The notes beneath the pieces are model-generated. The model did not search any database, was not told where the DNA came from, and saw only the letters and a program-made list of their open reading frames with translations. A DNA stretch of 64,000 nt, from the NCBI GenBank assembly GCA_963828465.1, contig CAWHEU010000020.1:128001-192000 (forward strand), written 5' to 3'. Every line of letters begins with the position of its first letter. Position 1 is the stretch's first letter. Shown here piece by piece: positions 52,093 to 61,669 of this stretch. This DNA comes from an uncultured Acidobacteriota bacterium (lineage in GTDB: Bacteria > Actinomycetota > Acidimicrobiia > Spongiisociales > ZC4RG35). Made by a program: the position numbers and the translations under genes.

Positions 52093-52638
52093 GTGTCCCG
52101 CCAAGCCCTCATCGATCACCTGCGTCATCACGCCCTCTTCACTGACGGCCCCTACACACTGAGGTCGGGCCAGCGCTCGGATTGGTACCTCGATGCGCGA
52201 CAGACGACATTTGCCGGAAAGGGAGCGCCCATCGTCGGCGCCGCCGTGCTCGACGTCCTCGACCCCGAGGTCAGGGCGGTGGGAGGCATGACCATGGGGG
52301 CGGACCCGATCGCTCTCGCCGTCGCCGTCGTCGCCAATCTCCGGGGTCGGGACATCAACGCCTTCTCGATCCGCAAGACCACCAAGCAGTACGGGATCAC
52401 AGGGCGGGTCGTCGGCCCGGTGGCAGCGGGCATGTCAGTTGCGATCCTCGAGGACACGACGACCACTGGCGGCGCCGCCCTCGACGCGGCTGAGGCAGCC
52501 ACTGCAGCCGGACTGCGAGTAGTGCAGGCCATAGCCCTCGTCGATCGATCCGATGGGAGGGCTGCCGAGGCATTCGACGAGGAATCCATTCCCTACGTGG
52601 CCCTGGTGGTCCCCAAGGACCTGGGCGTCAAGAGGTGA
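52093..52638 (+). CDS. pyrE: Orotate phosphoribosyltransferase
   Basis: LRSGQRSDWYLD, GMTMGADP, IRK, LEDTTTTGG. Confidence 0.9.
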   Translation: MSRQALIDHLRHHALFTDGPYTLRSGQRSDWYLDARQTTFAGKGAPIVGAAVLDVLDPEVRAVGGMTMGADPIALAVAVVANLRGRDINAFSIRKTTKQYGITGRVVGPVAAGMSVAILEDTTTTGGAALDAAEAATAAGLRVVQAIALVDRSDGRAAEAFDEESIPYVALVVPKDLGVKR

Positions 52639-53222
52639 AAGTCGTCGTACAGCGCTCGGCGGTCAGGATGTGGCTGCTGGCGATGGGCGGCATACCACTC
52701 CTGGTCATCGCAGTGGACGTGCTGACGAGCCGTCGGATCACCAACTGGCTCCGGGAGCTGTTGTTCACGCCGGAAGACACCCAGATCTATGAGCCGCGAG
52801 ACGTGATTTGGGCCTGGGCCCTCCTCTTCTTCTCGGTGTTTCTCGTTGTGTGGGGTCTGAAAGAGCTCTTCATGCCCACCAAGGTGATCGAGGCCCGGGA
52901 CGAAGGGCTCGCCGTCAAACTCCGTGGCCCCTTCCGAAAGCCCGACCTCATCCCGTGGGGAAACATCGCCGACATCGAGCCGGGTGAGATCGTGGACGAG
53001 GGAGATGTGTTGCTTCTCCTCCGGATCAGGCTCTTCACCCGGGGCGAGCTGACCGAGCATCCCTGGGGGGCACGCTGGGTAGAGGCCAAGGTCCTCGGCC
53101 TTCTCGCCCAGGACTGGTCCGCGACGCCGGCCCGGGTGGCAGAGCAGCTTGGGGAGTATGCGGTCGATGCGGCACAACGGGAGACCCGGGCCCGGACCGC
53201 CCCCATCTCGGACCCGACGTGA
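52635..53222 (+). CDS. Hypothetical membrane protein
   Basis: Two TM helices; GTGA overlaps with both neighbours. Confidence 0.7.
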   Translation: MKVVVQRSAVRMWLLAMGGIPLLVIAVDVLTSRRITNWLRELLFTPEDTQIYEPRDVIWAWALLFFSVFLVVWGLKELFMPTKVIEARDEGLAVKLRGPFRKPDLIPWGNIADIEPGEIVDEGDVLLLLRIRLFTRGELTEHPWGARWVEAKVLGLLAQDWSATPARVAEQLGEYAVDAAQRETRARTAPISDPT

Positions 53223-53992
53223 TCCTGGTCGGCGCCCATGTGCCGTCGATCAAGCCTTTGGAAGAGGCGGGCGAGCGCAAGGCCGACCTCGCCCAGATCT
53301 TTCTCTCCAACCCACAGTCGTGGAAGAAACCCCCACCGCGGCCCGACGCCGAGGCGCTGCGTAGCTCACCGATCCCGATCTATGTCCACGCTCCCTACCT
53401 GATCAACGTTTGTGCCGATAACAACCGGGTGAGGATTCCGTCACGAAAGATCCTCCAGGACACCTGTGATGCGGCGACCGAGGTGGGCGCCCTGGCGGTG
53501 ATCGTCCACGGTGGACATGTGACGGGCGACGGGCCACAGGAAGAGGGCATCGAGCGTTGGAGGAAGGCACTCGAGGCGGTCGACACCGAGATCCCGATCT
53601 TCATCGAGAACACAGCCGGTGGGGACAAGGCGGTGGCGAGAAGGGTCGAGTGGATCGCCCGTCTGTTCGACGAGGTCGGGGAGTTCGGAGTCGGCTTCGT
53701 CCTCGACACCTGTCATCTGTGGGCGGGTGGTGAGCCAGTGGACGAGGTGGTCCCCCGCATCATGGAAGCCACTGGACGGATCGATCTCGTCCAGGTGAAC
53801 GACTCCAAGGACCCCTTCGACTCACGCCGCGACCGTCACGAGAACCTGGGTAAAGGCCTCATCCCAGAGGAGGAGATGGCCCGGATGATCATCGAGGCCG
53901 GTGCGCCGGTGGTCGTGGAGACCCCGGGTGGTGTAGAGGAACAGGCCGCCGACATCGAATGGGTTAGGAGGGCTTTGAGTGGTGAGTTATGA
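53219..53992 (+). CDS. nfo: Endonuclease IV
   Basis: GAHV, HAPYLIN, ENTAG, DTCH, NDS..RDRHENLG, ETP. Confidence 0.93.
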   Translation: MILVGAHVPSIKPLEEAGERKADLAQIFLSNPQSWKKPPPRPDAEALRSSPIPIYVHAPYLINVCADNNRVRIPSRKILQDTCDAATEVGALAVIVHGGHVTGDGPQEEGIERWRKALEAVDTEIPIFIENTAGGDKAVARRVEWIARLFDEVGEFGVGFVLDTCHLWAGGEPVDEVVPRIMEATGRIDLVQVNDSKDPFDSRRDRHENLGKGLIPEEEMARMIIEAGAPVVVETPGGVEEQAADIEWVRRALSGEL

Positions 53993-54031
53993 GTGGTGAG
54001 TCTCAGAACCCACACCCACCACCCATTACTC
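53977..54031. repeat. Inverted heptamer-repeat element
   Basis: gagtggt gagttat gagtggt gagtctc / agaaccc acaccc accaccc attactc, spanning both convergent stops. Confidence 0.75.
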
Positions 54032-56314
54032 AAATATCCTCTTCGGTCCCGTCTTCTGCTTCTGATGCTGCTTGCGCTCGTTCGGCGTCGGTTCGGGGAT
54101 CGGGCGCGGGTAGCGATCTTCGAGGAGGATCGCCAGCGGCGTCGCCGTGAACACCGAGGAGTAGGTCCCGACGAGGATCCCGATCAGCAGGGCGAGGGCG
54201 AAGTCCGAGAGGGTGTCACCGCCGAGCACGTATAGGGAGGCGAGGATGAGGATCGCCCCGAGACCCGTGTTGATCGTCCTCGGGACGGTTTGCAGGCAGG
54301 CCTCGTTGGCGATGGGGCCGAGTGGCTCGCCCGGCCGATCCGCCTGGTGCTCACGGATCCGGTCGAAGATCACGACCGAGTCGGCGATCGAGTAGCCGAT
54401 GATGGTCAACAGGGCGGCGAGGAACACCCCATCGATGGTCTTTCCGAGCCAGGCGAAGAGCCCGACCACGAGGATGACGTCATGGAACATCGAGAGGACG
54501 GCCGCTGCTCCGATGGTCCAGCGGAACCTGATCGCCAGGTAAATGAGCTGCATGAGCAGAGCCAGGCCTAGAGCCAGGAGAGCGCGGTTCCGGATCTCTT
54601 CGCCCAGGGTGGGCCCGACGAACTGGTCCCGGACCACGGTCACGTCGCCCCCGATCCCGGCCACGGTGTCCTCGAGTACTTGCTCGCGTTCGGGGTCGAG
54701 CTCCTCGGTTCGGATCACGATCGTGCCCTGGCCGGTTTCCTGGATCAAGGCCTGCGGCAGCCCTTGGTCGGCCAGATCCTGTCGTAACTGGTCGAGGTCG
54801 ACTTCTTGCGTGGTGGAAAACTCAACCAGGCGGCCGCCGGAGAACTCGATCCCGAAGTTGAGGCCCCGCGCCACGATGCCTGCGATGGCGATCACGATCA
54901 GGATCCCCGAGATGATCAGCCAACGCTGCGGCTTGGCAAACAGATTCGGCCCCGACGTCCTCAGCCATTCCTGGAAACGCCGCCCGACGGTCAAGCCCAT
55001 CAACCGGGGCCGGGTCTGCAATGCCGGTATCCGGGACAACATCTCGAGCAGGACCCGGGTCACGACGAGGGCAGAGAACATCGACACAAGGACACCGATG
55101 GTGAGGGTGACGCCGAAGCCACGGACGGCGCCGGCGGCCAGGAAGAAGAGGAGTACTGCGGCCAGGAGAGTGGTGACGTTGGCGTCGAGAATGGCGCTCC
55201 AGGCCCGCTGGAATCCCGCCTCCAGCGATCTGCCCAGCGTCGGGTCGACGGCGTATTCCTCCTTTGCCCGTTCGTAAACGAGCACGTTGGCGTCCACGGC
55301 CATCCCGATGGCGAGGACGAAGCCGGCGATGCCGGGGAGGGTGAGGGTGGCTCCCAGCCATATGAGGACGGCGTAGGAGAGGAGTCCGTAGACGACCAGC
55401 GAGATGGCCGCCGCCACACCCATCAGCCGGTAGAAGGCGATCATGTAGAGGATGGTGAGGCCGGCACCGATGAGGGCGGCCTGCAGGCTCGCGTCGATCG
55501 CGGCTTCACCGAGGGAGGGCCCGACCGTTCCCTGCTCGATCACCTCGACCGGGACCGGCAGGGCGCCGGCGCGAATGAGGAGTGCGAGCTCGTTGGAAGT
55601 CTCCTCGTCGAAGTTTCCGGTGATCAGAGTCTCGCCACCGGTGATGCCCACGTCACATTGGACCGAGGGTGAGACCCCCGGGCTGGAGAGAACCGATTCG
55701 TCGAGCACGATGGCTATCCGTCGGGTCGGGTCACCGACCGGGGCACAGGCCGCTTCGGCCGTCAATTGGGCCCACTGTTCCTCCCCCTCGGGCAGGAAGT
55801 TGATCGAGACGGCCCACAGACCCGAGCCCTGGCTGTCGAAGATGGCCGCAGCGCTTTCGACCTGGTCACCACTGACGGCTGTCGGGCCGAGAACCAGGTC
55901 CTCGCCGGGCTCGCCCGGGATGACGAGATCCCCTTCGACAGTCGGCTCCGTGCCGGTGGGCACTGATTCGAGCACCGGGTGAAACGTGAGCTGGGCGGTT
56001 CGCCCGATGACTTCCAGAGCGGCGTCAGGGTCTTCCACTCCAGGCATCTCGATGATGATCCGGCGGTCACCCGACACCTGGAGAGTGGGCTCGGCTACTC
56101 CGAAGGCGTCGACACGGCGACGCAAGACCTCGAGTGTCCGAGTGGTCACCTCGCTGTCGACGGTGACGTCGTCGGTGTCCTGAGCCTCGAGAACGATCTG
56201 CGTGCCACCGCGCAGGTCCAGACCGAGGTTGACCGGGTTGTTGAGAACGATGTAGACGGCAGCGCCTATGGAGATCACAGTCCAAAAAAGACGCCACCGG
56301 GACACCTTGGCCAT
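54026..56314 (-). CDS. secDF: Fused protein translocase subunit SecDF
   Basis: LGLDLRGG, GALP, GMAVDANVL (SecD) and GIEFSGG, GYSIADSVVIFDRIRE (SecF). Confidence 0.95.
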   Translation of the reverse strand: MAKVSRWRLFWTVISIGAAVYIVLNNPVNLGLDLRGGTQIVLEAQDTDDVTVDSEVTTRTLEVLRRRVDAFGVAEPTLQVSGDRRIIIEMPGVEDPDAALEVIGRTAQLTFHPVLESVPTGTEPTVEGDLVIPGEPGEDLVLGPTAVSGDQVESAAAIFDSQGSGLWAVSINFLPEGEEQWAQLTAEAACAPVGDPTRRIAIVLDESVLSSPGVSPSVQCDVGITGGETLITGNFDEETSNELALLIRAGALPVPVEVIEQGTVGPSLGEAAIDASLQAALIGAGLTILYMIAFYRLMGVAAAISLVVYGLLSYAVLIWLGATLTLPGIAGFVLAIGMAVDANVLVYERAKEEYAVDPTLGRSLEAGFQRAWSAILDANVTTLLAAVLLFFLAAGAVRGFGVTLTIGVLVSMFSALVVTRVLLEMLSRIPALQTRPRLMGLTVGRRFQEWLRTSGPNLFAKPQRWLIISGILIVIAIAGIVARGLNFGIEFSGGRLVEFSTTQEVDLDQLRQDLADQGLPQALIQETGQGTIVIRTEELDPEREQVLEDTVAGIGGDVTVVRDQFVGPTLGEEIRNRALLALGLALLMQLIYLAIRFRWTIGAAAVLSMFHDVILVVGLFAWLGKTIDGVFLAALLTIIGYSIADSVVIFDRIREHQADRPGEPLGPIANEACLQTVPRTINTGLGAILILASLYVLGGDTLSDFALALLIGILVGTYSSVFTATPLAILLEDRYPRPIPEPTPNERKQHQKQKTGPKRIFE

Positions 56315-56416
56315 GGAAGATCCTTCGGATGTTCGGCGGGCTCAGCATGGTATCGGCGCGCGCCCGCCATGCCAGATCCGGAATCGGCACCTACGAGCGA
56401 CCGGTATCCTTCCGTC

Positions 56417-57265
56417 ATGCGCGAAAAGGTCACGGTCCCGTCCATCAGGGCTCGCAAAGGCGGTCCCAAGATCTCGATGGTCACTGCCTACGACTATCCG
56501 GGGGCGGTGATCGCAGACCGGGCCGGGGTCGACATCGTCCTCGTAGGCGATTCGGCGGCGAATGTCGTCCATGGGATGGCCACCACCCTCGAATTCGGGA
56601 TGGAGGAGACGATCATCCATGCCCGCGCCGTGAACCGGGCGCATCCCACGGCGCTATTCGTCGTCGACATGCCCTGGCTCAGCTTCCATGTGTCGGTCGA
56701 GGACACAGTGCGCAACGCGGGAAGGATCGTCCAGGAAGGCGGAGCCGAGGCGGTCAAGCTCGAAGGGGGTCGCAAGCGGCTTCACATGATCGAGGCAATC
56801 CTCGACGCCGAGATCCCGGTGATGGGCCATCTCGGCCTCACCCCACAGTCGGTCCACGCCATGGGTGGCTTCAAGGTCCAGGGCAAGATGGTCGACGCCG
56901 CCCAGGAGATCATCGAAGATGCCATCGCCATTTCCGAGGCGGGCTGCTTCTCGATCGTCCTCGAGGGGGTTCCCGACATCCTCGGCGAGTTGATCACCAA
57001 GGAGGTCGACGTGCCGACCATCGGCATCGGGGCCGGTCCGGCGACCGACGGTCAAGTTCTGGTCTTCCACGACGTCCTCGGCCTCGGGTCGGGCAACTAC
57101 CCGAAGTTCGTCCGCAAGTACGCCGATCTTGCCGACGACGCGGTCGCCGCCCTGACCAGGTACGTCGCCGATGTCGGCTCGGGCGAGTTCCCCGGTGAGG
57201 ACGAGAGCTATCACGTGTCGGACGAGATCGCAGCCGAGATGCTGAAGGGCCGATCGTCCGGGTAG
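56417..57265 (+). CDS. panB: 3-methyl-2-oxobutanoate hydroxymethyltransferase
   Basis: TAYD, LVGDS, VKLEGG, GHLGLTPQ, IGIGAG. Confidence 0.96.
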   Translation: MREKVTVPSIRARKGGPKISMVTAYDYPGAVIADRAGVDIVLVGDSAANVVHGMATTLEFGMEETIIHARAVNRAHPTALFVVDMPWLSFHVSVEDTVRNAGRIVQEGGAEAVKLEGGRKRLHMIEAILDAEIPVMGHLGLTPQSVHAMGGFKVQGKMVDAAQEIIEDAIAISEAGCFSIVLEGVPDILGELITKEVDVPTIGIGAGPATDGQVLVFHDVLGLGSGNYPKFVRKYADLADDAVAALTRYVADVGSGEFPGEDESYHVSDEIAAEMLKGRSSG

Positions 57266-57279
57266 CGGCCCTTCTCCTG

Positions 57280-57798
57280 GTGGCGGCGTGCGCCACGACC
57301 ACGACCAACGGTGTCACGTCATCGACCTCCACCGTGGCCCCGACCACTACCACAGTTGTCGGCTCGACCACCACGACCGCGGTCGCGGAGACGACGACGC
57401 CTACTCCGTCTACGAGCACAGTCACTCCTGACCTACCGACGACGGAGCTTGCTGTCGGCGATGACACCCTCGAGGTATGGGTCGCGGACGAGCCCGCAGA
57501 GCGGCAACAGGGTCTCCGAGCGGTGGCTGAGCTGCCCGATGGGATCGATGGGATGCTCTTCGTGTTCCCCGAGCCGAAAACACCCAACTTCATCATGTCA
57601 GGTACGCCGCTCCCTCTCGAGGTCTGGTTCTTCGACCCCGACGGATCAATGATCGGCTCACACGAGATGACGCCGTGCCCGGCCGATCCCTGTCCCGTCT
57701 ACCCCGCCCCCGGACCGGTGGGCTGGGCGCTGGAGACACCGGCGGGGGAGCGAGATTTCCAGGCGGGTGACCTTCTCTCGACTTCTGCATCGGGCTGA
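57280..57798 (+). CDS. DUF192 domain lipoprotein (true start probably upstream)
   Basis: VAAC lipobox, Thr-rich linker, RQQGL, GMLFVF, ALE. Confidence 0.8.
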   Translation: MAACATTTTNGVTSSTSTVAPTTTTVVGSTTTTAVAETTTPTPSTSTVTPDLPTTELAVGDDTLEVWVADEPAERQQGLRAVAELPDGIDGMLFVFPEPKTPNFIMSGTPLPLEVWFFDPDGSMIGSHEMTPCPADPCPVYPAPGPVGWALETPAGERDFQAGDLLSTSASG

Positions 57799-57854
57799 GA
57801 GCGCCCTATCATCTGGTTTCCGCACCGGCGTCTCGCGCCGTCCGGTTGCGTGAA

Positions 57855-57911
57855 ACCCCTGCTCCACCGGGCTGGTGGGGCCTTCCGATCCGGATGTCCA
57901 CAGGAGGTCAC
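57855..57911 (+). promoter_or_regulatory. Candidate S6:S18 ribosomal-protein leader
   Basis: C-rich strand able to pair with CAGGAGG, hairpin ccacc/ggtgg, CCG motifs upstream of rpsF. Confidence 0.45.
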
Positions 57912-58199
57912 ATGCGCGACTATGAGGTAATGACGATCCATCGGCCCGACCTGGCCGAGGACGAGGTCGAGACCAAGATCGCCGATCTTGAATCGCACCT
58001 GTCCGGCTCGGGGGCGACAGTCGATGGGAGGGATATGTGGGGGAAGCGCCGCTTCGCCTACGAGATCGACCATCTGTCCGAGGGCTACTACTCGGTGGTC
58101 ACGTTTCAGGCAGAGGCGGCTGCCGTCGATTCGCTCGATCGAATGCTGTCACTGGCCGACGAAGTGATTCGACACAAGATCGTGCGCAGGGGCGCATGA
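57912..58199 (+). CDS. rpsF: 30S ribosomal protein S6
   Basis: MRDYE, WGKRRFAYEI, VIRH. Confidence 0.96.
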   Translation: MRDYEVMTIHRPDLAEDEVETKIADLESHLSGSGATVDGRDMWGKRRFAYEIDHLSEGYYSVVTFQAEAAAVDSLDRMLSLADEVIRHKIVRRGA

Positions 58200-58260
58200 C
58201 TGGAATCTGTCCCAGGGCCACGGCATGATCGACCCAGGGACTTGAGAAGAGGAGATTCAC

Positions 58261-58728
58261 ATGTCGAACAACGTCACACTGATAGGGAACCTGGTCGACG
58301 ACCCGGAGCTTCGCTTCACCCCTTCCGGGGTGGCCATGGCCAAGATCCGGCTCGCCGTGAATCGCCGCTGGCAGAAGGACGGCGAGTGGCAGGAAGACAC
58401 CAGCTACTTCACCGGAACCGTATGGCGAGAGCAAGCTGAGAGTGCGGCCGAATCGCTGCAGAAGGGCGCCCGCGTCATCGTGACCGGCCGTCTCGAGCAG
58501 CGGAGCTGGGAGACCCCAGAGGGGGACAAGCGCTCCGTGGTGGAGATCCAGATAGACGAGATCGGCCCGTCGCTGCGCTGGGCAACGGCTTCGGTGAACA
58601 AGACCCAGCGCTCCGGCGGCGAATGGAGTGGCGGTGGCGGTGGCGGTGCCGGCGCCGGCCAGGGTGCCGAGGTTCCTCCAGCACCGGTGGCGAGAGAGTC
58701 GTACGGGCCCGACGAGGCCCCCTTCTGA
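58261..58728 (+). CDS. ssb: Single-stranded DNA-binding protein
   Basis: GNLVDDPELRFT, GRLEQRSW, acidic DEAPF tail. Confidence 0.97.
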   Translation: MSNNVTLIGNLVDDPELRFTPSGVAMAKIRLAVNRRWQKDGEWQEDTSYFTGTVWREQAESAAESLQKGARVIVTGRLEQRSWETPEGDKRSVVEIQIDEIGPSLRWATASVNKTQRSGGEWSGGGGGGAGAGQGAEVPPAPVARESYGPDEAPF

Positions 58729-58745
58729 TCCAGGAGTTTTAGACA

Positions 58746-59018
58746 ATGGCTAGAAAGAGCACGAACAACCCGCGCCCCAAGCGGCGCCGGGGCATGGAGA
58801 TGAGACGGGGCCGTCCCAAGCCCTGCGCATTCTGCAAGCAGCAGGTCGATTTCATCGACTGGAAGGACGTCTCCGTGTTGCGCAAATACATGTCCGACCG
58901 GGGCAAGATCAGGGGTCGCCGGGTGAACGGGAACTGCCCGACGCATCAGCGAGAAGTGGCCAACGCCATCAAGAATGCTCGAGAGATGGCCCTGCTCCCG
59001 TATCTGAGCACGAGATGA
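58746..59018 (+). CDS. rpsR: 30S ribosomal protein S18 (Zn-binding form)
   Basis: [26 protein letters not shown]. Confidence 0.96.
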   Translation: MARKSTNNPRPKRRRGMEMRRGRPKPCAFCKQQVDFIDWKDVSVLRKYMSDRGKIRGRRVNGNCPTHQREVANAIKNAREMALLPYLSTR

Positions 59019-59464
59019 GGCTCATCCTCACTGCCGACGTCCAGGAGCTGGGCAAGAGGGGTGATGTCGTGGACGTGGCCGAGGGTTACGCCCGCAATTA
59101 CCTGTTGCCGCGGAAGAAGGCCGTCAAGGCCCACGAGGCGGCCCTGGCCCAGGCCGAGGCCGTCCGCGAAGCCCGCATCGAGGCCGAGCGGAAGGCCAAG
59201 GAAGAGGCGGAGCGGCTTGCCACCCAGTTGGTCGGCAGCCGTGTCGTGATCGCGGCCCAGGCCGGCGACGAGGGCCAGCTCTACGGCTCCATTTCCCCGG
59301 CCGACGTGGTCGAAGGTGTCCGTCGCTTCACCGGCATCGAGCTGGACCGGGACACCTTGGAGATCCCGAACCCGATCAAGGCGATAGGTCTGCACGAGAT
59401 CAACATCAAACTCCACGCCGAGGTCCAGTTCCCCCTCACCTTGGACGTGATTCCCGCCAGCTGA
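59015..59464 (+). CDS. rplI: 50S ribosomal protein L9
   Basis: [26 protein letters not shown]. Confidence 0.96.
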   Translation: MRLILTADVQELGKRGDVVDVAEGYARNYLLPRKKAVKAHEAALAQAEAVREARIEAERKAKEEAERLATQLVGSRVVIAAQAGDEGQLYGSISPADVVEGVRRFTGIELDRDTLEIPNPIKAIGLHEINIKLHAEVQFPLTLDVIPAS

Positions 59465-59706
59465 CCGGTCCGATTACTGGCGAGTTTCGCGGTTTTCCTG
59501 CCAGTCCTTTCCACCGCGAAAACAAAAGAGGCCACCGCGAAATTCGATGAGGCCTCTGGCTTGTGACGCCGGCCGGAGCGACCCTATCTTCAGCCACCTT
59601 CCCCGCTGGCAGTTTCGGCTTCCCCGCCAACCGGCGGGGTCTTGCATGTCAGGGCCCCACAGGTCCGCGAAATCTGTCACTCGCGCGTTGTTTGATGAGG
59701 ACATAG

Positions 59707-61059
59707 ATGAGCGGCATCACCGATCAGGGGCAAATGAGACCGGGTTTCCGGAGCCCACCCCATTCCAGGGAGGCTGAGGAGTCGGTCATCGGGGCAGTGC
59801 TCCTGTCGGAGGAGGCGGTCAATGAGGTGATGGACCGTCTCCACCCGCCCGACTTCTATGTCCCCGCCCACCAGGCGATCTTCGAGGCCATGCGGGAACT
59901 GTTCGACACGAGTCAGGCCATCGACGCCGTGACCGTGTCCGAGGCATTACGGCGACGGGGGGAATTGGACAAGGTCGGAGGAGTTGCCTACCTGACCCGT
60001 CTCGTCGACATCGTGCCCTCGACCTCCAACATCCTCTACTACTCGGGGATCGTCGAAGAGCACGCCAAGCGCCGCGAGCTGATCCGGGCCGGCGCCACGG
60101 TGACCGATGTCGCCTTCGACATCGACGAGGAGATCGCCCGAGTGATGGACCGGGCGGAGCAGGCGGTCCTGTCGGTGGCCGAACGTCGGGGCGCACAGAC
60201 CCTCCTCGAGGTAGGTCCCCTCTTCAGTGATGTGCTGGAGCACATCGAGTTGCTCGAGCAGCGGGGTTCGGAGCTGACCGGATTGGCGACCGGCTACGTC
60301 GATCTCGACAAGAAGCTGGCCGGTCTCCAAGCGTCCAACCTGGTGGTCATCGCGGCAAGGCCGGCGATGGGCAAAAGCTCCCTCGCACTTGGTATCGCGG
60401 TCAACGCCGCCGTCCAGAACGAACCCGTGGCCATCTTCTCGTTGGAGATGTCCAAGGAGGAGATCGTCCAGCGCATCCTCTCCTCGGTGGGCCGGGTCGA
60501 TTCCATGAAGCTCCGCTCCGGTCAGCTGGGACCGCTGTGGCAGAGGGTTGTCGACGCCGCCGGCAAGATGTATCAAGCACCTATCTACATCGACGACTCC
60601 CCGGTCGTCACGGTGACCGATATCCGGGCGAAGTGCCGGAGGCTGAAGCGGAAGAAGGGGCTCTCCCTGGTGGTGATCGACTACCTGCAGCTGATGGAGG
60701 CGTCGAGCCGGGAGAACCGTCAGCAGGAGATCTCGGAGATCACCCGAAACCTCAAGAACCTGGCCCGAGAGCTGGAAGTACCGGTGATCGCCGTCTCCCA
60801 GCTCAACCGATCGTTGGAGGCCAGGGAGGACAAGCGGCCGCGTCTCTCCGATCTACGCGAAAGCGGATCCATCGAGCAGGACGCCGACGTCGTGATGTTC
60901 ATCTACCGCCACGAGTACTACCACCCCGAGGACCAGGAGCGGAAAGGCATCGCCGAGGTCATCGTGGCCAAGCATCGTGCCGGGTCCACCGGCCCCGTCG
61001 AGGTCACCTTCCAGCCCGAGTTCACCCGTTTCGCCAACCTGGGCCGGGACGTCACCTAA
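59707..61059 (+). CDS. dnaB: Replicative DNA helicase
   Basis: PPHSREAE, ARPAMGKS, DYLQL, SQLNR, ESGSIEQDAD. Confidence 0.97.
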   Translation: MSGITDQGQMRPGFRSPPHSREAEESVIGAVLLSEEAVNEVMDRLHPPDFYVPAHQAIFEAMRELFDTSQAIDAVTVSEALRRRGELDKVGGVAYLTRLVDIVPSTSNILYYSGIVEEHAKRRELIRAGATVTDVAFDIDEEIARVMDRAEQAVLSVAERRGAQTLLEVGPLFSDVLEHIELLEQRGSELTGLATGYVDLDKKLAGLQASNLVVIAARPAMGKSSLALGIAVNAAVQNEPVAIFSLEMSKEEIVQRILSSVGRVDSMKLRSGQLGPLWQRVVDAAGKMYQAPIYIDDSPVVTVTDIRAKCRRLKRKKGLSLVVIDYLQLMEASSRENRQQEISEITRNLKNLARELEVPVIAVSQLNRSLEAREDKRPRLSDLRESGSIEQDADVVMFIYRHEYYHPEDQERKGIAEVIVAKHRAGSTGPVEVTFQPEFTRFANLGRDVT

Positions 61060-61556
61060 CGATTGGACTCGCGAGCCTGGCCGGCCTCCAGAGCCCGTTC
61101 GATGGTCTCGAAGGCCTCAGTCGCCGGGCGCCATCCCATGGTCGCGGTCTTCTTGTCCTCGAGTTCCTTGTAGACGGTGAAGAAGTGCTCCAGCTCGCGC
61201 AACAGGTGGTCCGGGACGTCATGGAGGTCGGCCGCCTCGCGCCACAACGGGTCGCCGTCCGGCACCGCGAGGACCTTGTGGTCGGCGTGCCCCTGGTCCT
61301 CCATCAGGAACAAGCCGATCGGCCGAACCCTGATCCGACACCCGGGGAACGTCGGCTCCGAGACAAGGGCGAGGATGTCGAGTGGGTCGCCGTCGTCGGC
61401 ATACGTGTCGGGAATGAACCCGTAATCGGCCGGGTATCTCGTCGCTGTGAACAGCATCCGATCGAGGAAGATCTCCCCGCTTTCGTGATCGGTTTCGTAC
61501 TTGTTCCTGCTCCCCTTGGGGATCTCGACGATCATCGTGACCAGCACGGCAATCAC
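61056..61556 (-). CDS. ppa: Inorganic pyrophosphatase
   Basis: EIPKGSRNKYE, YPADYG, DGDPLD, DHK. Confidence 0.95.
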   Translation of the reverse strand: MIAVLVTMIVEIPKGSRNKYETDHESGEIFLDRMLFTATRYPADYGFIPDTYADDGDPLDILALVSEPTFPGCRIRVRPIGLFLMEDQGHADHKVLAVPDGDPLWREAADLHDVPDHLLRELEHFFTVYKELEDKKTATMGWRPATEAFETIERALEAGQARESNR

Positions 61557-61669
61557 CCTACAGATCGCTACCCTCGCCCGGTTGTGCCTCACATGGGTGG
61601 CGATGCCACGTCCCGGGTCGGTTCCCCGATGTCTTTCAACCATCCGCAACCCCCGGGATAGACCCCTCG

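Noticed and set aside
59707-61059. Intein in dnaB (also checked gyrA and gyrB)
   Set aside because: Normal lengths and uninterrupted motifs
61557-61669. c-di-AMP riboswitch upstream of kup
   Set aside because: Spacer is short and I could not find the conserved ydaO motifs
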